Assembly (NCBI GenBank): GCA_973895155.1
Contig: OZ316898.1
Span: forward strand, 17,102,752-17,166,751
Length of the DNA stretch: 64,000 nt
DNA from: Marsupella aquatica
Lineage: Eukaryota > Plantae > Marchantiophyta
Direction of reading: 5' to 3'
Shown here: piece by piece, positions 61,836 through 64,000 of the stretch
Numbering within the stretch: the first letter of the stretch is position 1
How the letters are laid out: each line of letters opens with the position of its first letter
Notes under the pieces: model-generated
Database searches by the model: none
What the model was told of the DNA's origin: nothing
The model's input: only the letters and a program-made list of their open reading frames with translations
Position numbers and translations under genes: made by a program

Positions 61836-64000
61836 CATTGATTCTCATTTGAAGACGCAAACAAGTACAACAACAACAACAACAGGTGTAGGACTAAATT
61901 CTTTGTATTTGTGGGTTACGACGTGTCCATCCATTCAACCTTTTTCCTTTCTGGATTTTTTTTCTCCGCGGATGTGGAAGAAGAATACGACGAAGAAGGC
62001 GAGAAAAGAAACAATGGCGGAGGAGTGATAATTGAAGTTTGCAGCCAACGTTCACAATTCAGCATCCACCCATCAATCGAAGTATTCCACGGAACTCAAT
62101 TGGGGTGTTGGTCCTCTCAACTCCTCCGAAGACGAAGAAGGAAAGGAAGGGTGTCGTCGAGGCTTCAGTTCAGCAACGGGAGTCTTCGGCTATCAGGAAA
62201 GAGTAGAGAGACTAGTCAGATGTTTTTCATGAAGTCTGTATACCTCGCCTCGGGCGTGTGTGGGGTCTATTGTTCATAATTGATAAGTGCGCTCTCACTC
62301 AAGTCATTAGATTAGACACTCACTAGCTGTAGATGCATACCTCTCTCACGGATAGGATTTTTTCAAAGCGATCGTTCGGTATCCCCGGTGTCCCCAGATT
62401 TTTGTACCCTGTGCTGCTGCTGTCGATGATGATGATCATGCTGCCCCGCTACAGTGTGCTGTGCTCCTACTTAGCTGCTACCTAGCTTCTTCTTCGCTTC
62501 TCTTTTTTTCCTACCACAAAGAAGTAGAGTCTAGTCCAGTCCGCCACATCTAGCAGTGTGTGGGGCTTGCGGGGGTTGGTTGGGTGGGCGGTAGGAATTC
62601 GAGAATTCCTGTCACCACAAACATTTTTGTTTTGCCTGGAAAGTACACAGTTTTGCAGGCTCGAGCATGTGTAAAGTTTCTCCATAAATTTATCATTCTT
62701 GAAAGCCCCACCAACGTCATGGTGGGTGCTTTATCAACTGCGCGTGTCTGTCCTTCCTTCCTTCCATCCCTTCCCCCTTCACGATTATATTAGCGTTTAT
62801 ATGTATATGGGGTTTCTATCTATCATCGGTCTCCATTCCCCCTCGTCCCGCTGCTCCATTTCCGAAATGATTCTCGTTGGTGACTACGTCAGTGGCGGAA
62901 CAGCACTTTTCTCTTAATTCTCTCTTTCGAGTCGGCATCCAGAAGTTGGGGCAGGCGCAGGACAGTGCGCGTATCAATCAGCTGCAATGTCTAGTAGAAT
63001 TCACGTCAACCGTCCGGACCCCCGTTTGCAGGTCGTTCGTGCTTCAAATTGGAATTCAGACTTGCGTATGATCGAGTATCGGCGTCTGTCGTGGCTGGCC
63101 AAAACTCGGTTTCCCTTCACGTCGATATGCCCATGCATCGCTTCTTAATCAAGTACCGCCCATACACGCAGCAGCATTGATTGTCGATAGATCAGACGTT
63201 GCTCTCCTCTTGTTCCCATCGTTCGTAGTTTGATGCAGCGGCGGCGCTCGCTCATGGCATACGCTTGCGGCCTCCGTCGTTGGACCGTCCGCAACTTCAT
63301 ATCCCGTAGTCCTTGTACCGGAGTCGCTTGTGCAGATTCCGACGCCCTCTCATTCGTATCTATGGGCGATGTAATCGATTCGTTGGCATTGGAAACCTGA
63401 TTATTAAAAAGGGTTGGTATTCCGTTCTTGCCTCGGTTGATCTGGCGTGGTCAGAGATCGTCACGTCATTTGTGTCTTTCGTGCCTTTGGTGTGGACTCC
63501 ATCCCCTACCGTTGCCACCCAGACTCGTCGAACGATCATTCGCTCAATTTCCGTCATGCTAAATTCTGATCATTATAGTCTGTGTTGTTCAGCGGACGCA
63601 TCGAGAACTGCACGATCTCAACTACTTACTGGACGACAAAGGTCCTCGAATGAAGAGCACTTCACTTCACATCAACTTTACTGGACAATGTTCCTCGAAT
63701 AAAGCACTTCTCCGCTACACATGAGGGAACCGCATCGATTGTCACCGGAGCAATGTAATCGCGACAAGACAGTAGTGTCCCTCGTATTTCACAACGCTCC
63801 TCGTGTATCGTGTCGTGTCCTCTCCAGATCTCGCCGTATGTTGTTTCCCGGATTGGAAACTCTCTGAAACTTTTCAAGCCAACCGAAGATCTTGTCGTGC
63901 AACCGAAACCGAATGGGATTCATTCATTCGCGGCAATGTTTCAAGGCAAGAATGATTTTGTCGTGCCACCGAACGCAAAATCAGCAGACTGCGGATCAGA

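Noticed and set aside
60102-61838. Antisense ORFs of 265 and 237 aa
   Set aside because: Shadows of the hAT-derived CDS.

Overview
Eukaryotic land-plant genomic DNA. The intron style, long UTRs and GGCA/TACAGTA-rich non-coding tracts suggest a bryophyte, probably a liverwort (inference). Three genes are well supported: an intronless NRDE2 (5012-8617, -), an 18-exon WD40 protein I assembled by hand (17098-23981, +, 490 aa, resembling the uncharacterised plant AT5G12920-like family), and an intronless domesticated hAT-transposase gene (59571-61835, +, AT1G12380/AT1G62870-like). A fourth, probable gene for a small secreted protein starts at 988 (-) and is missed by the ORF track. Mobile DNA includes a Mutator-like MITE with TIRs and a 10-bp TSD, a 5'-truncated CRE-like restriction-endonuclease retrotransposon, an older decayed copy of the same type, several unclassified relics and many short tandem duplications. 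The most interesting hypothesis concerns the WD40 protein: it begins with an exact APIM PCNA-binding motif (MDKFVIR), carries two WDxR motifs and has three E2F sites upstream, so it may be an undescribed PCNA-coupled CRL4 substrate receptor. Also notable are the uORFs and distal GC-rich islands upstream of the domesticated transposase. No prokaryotic features, CRISPR arrays, tRNA or rRNA genes were found.
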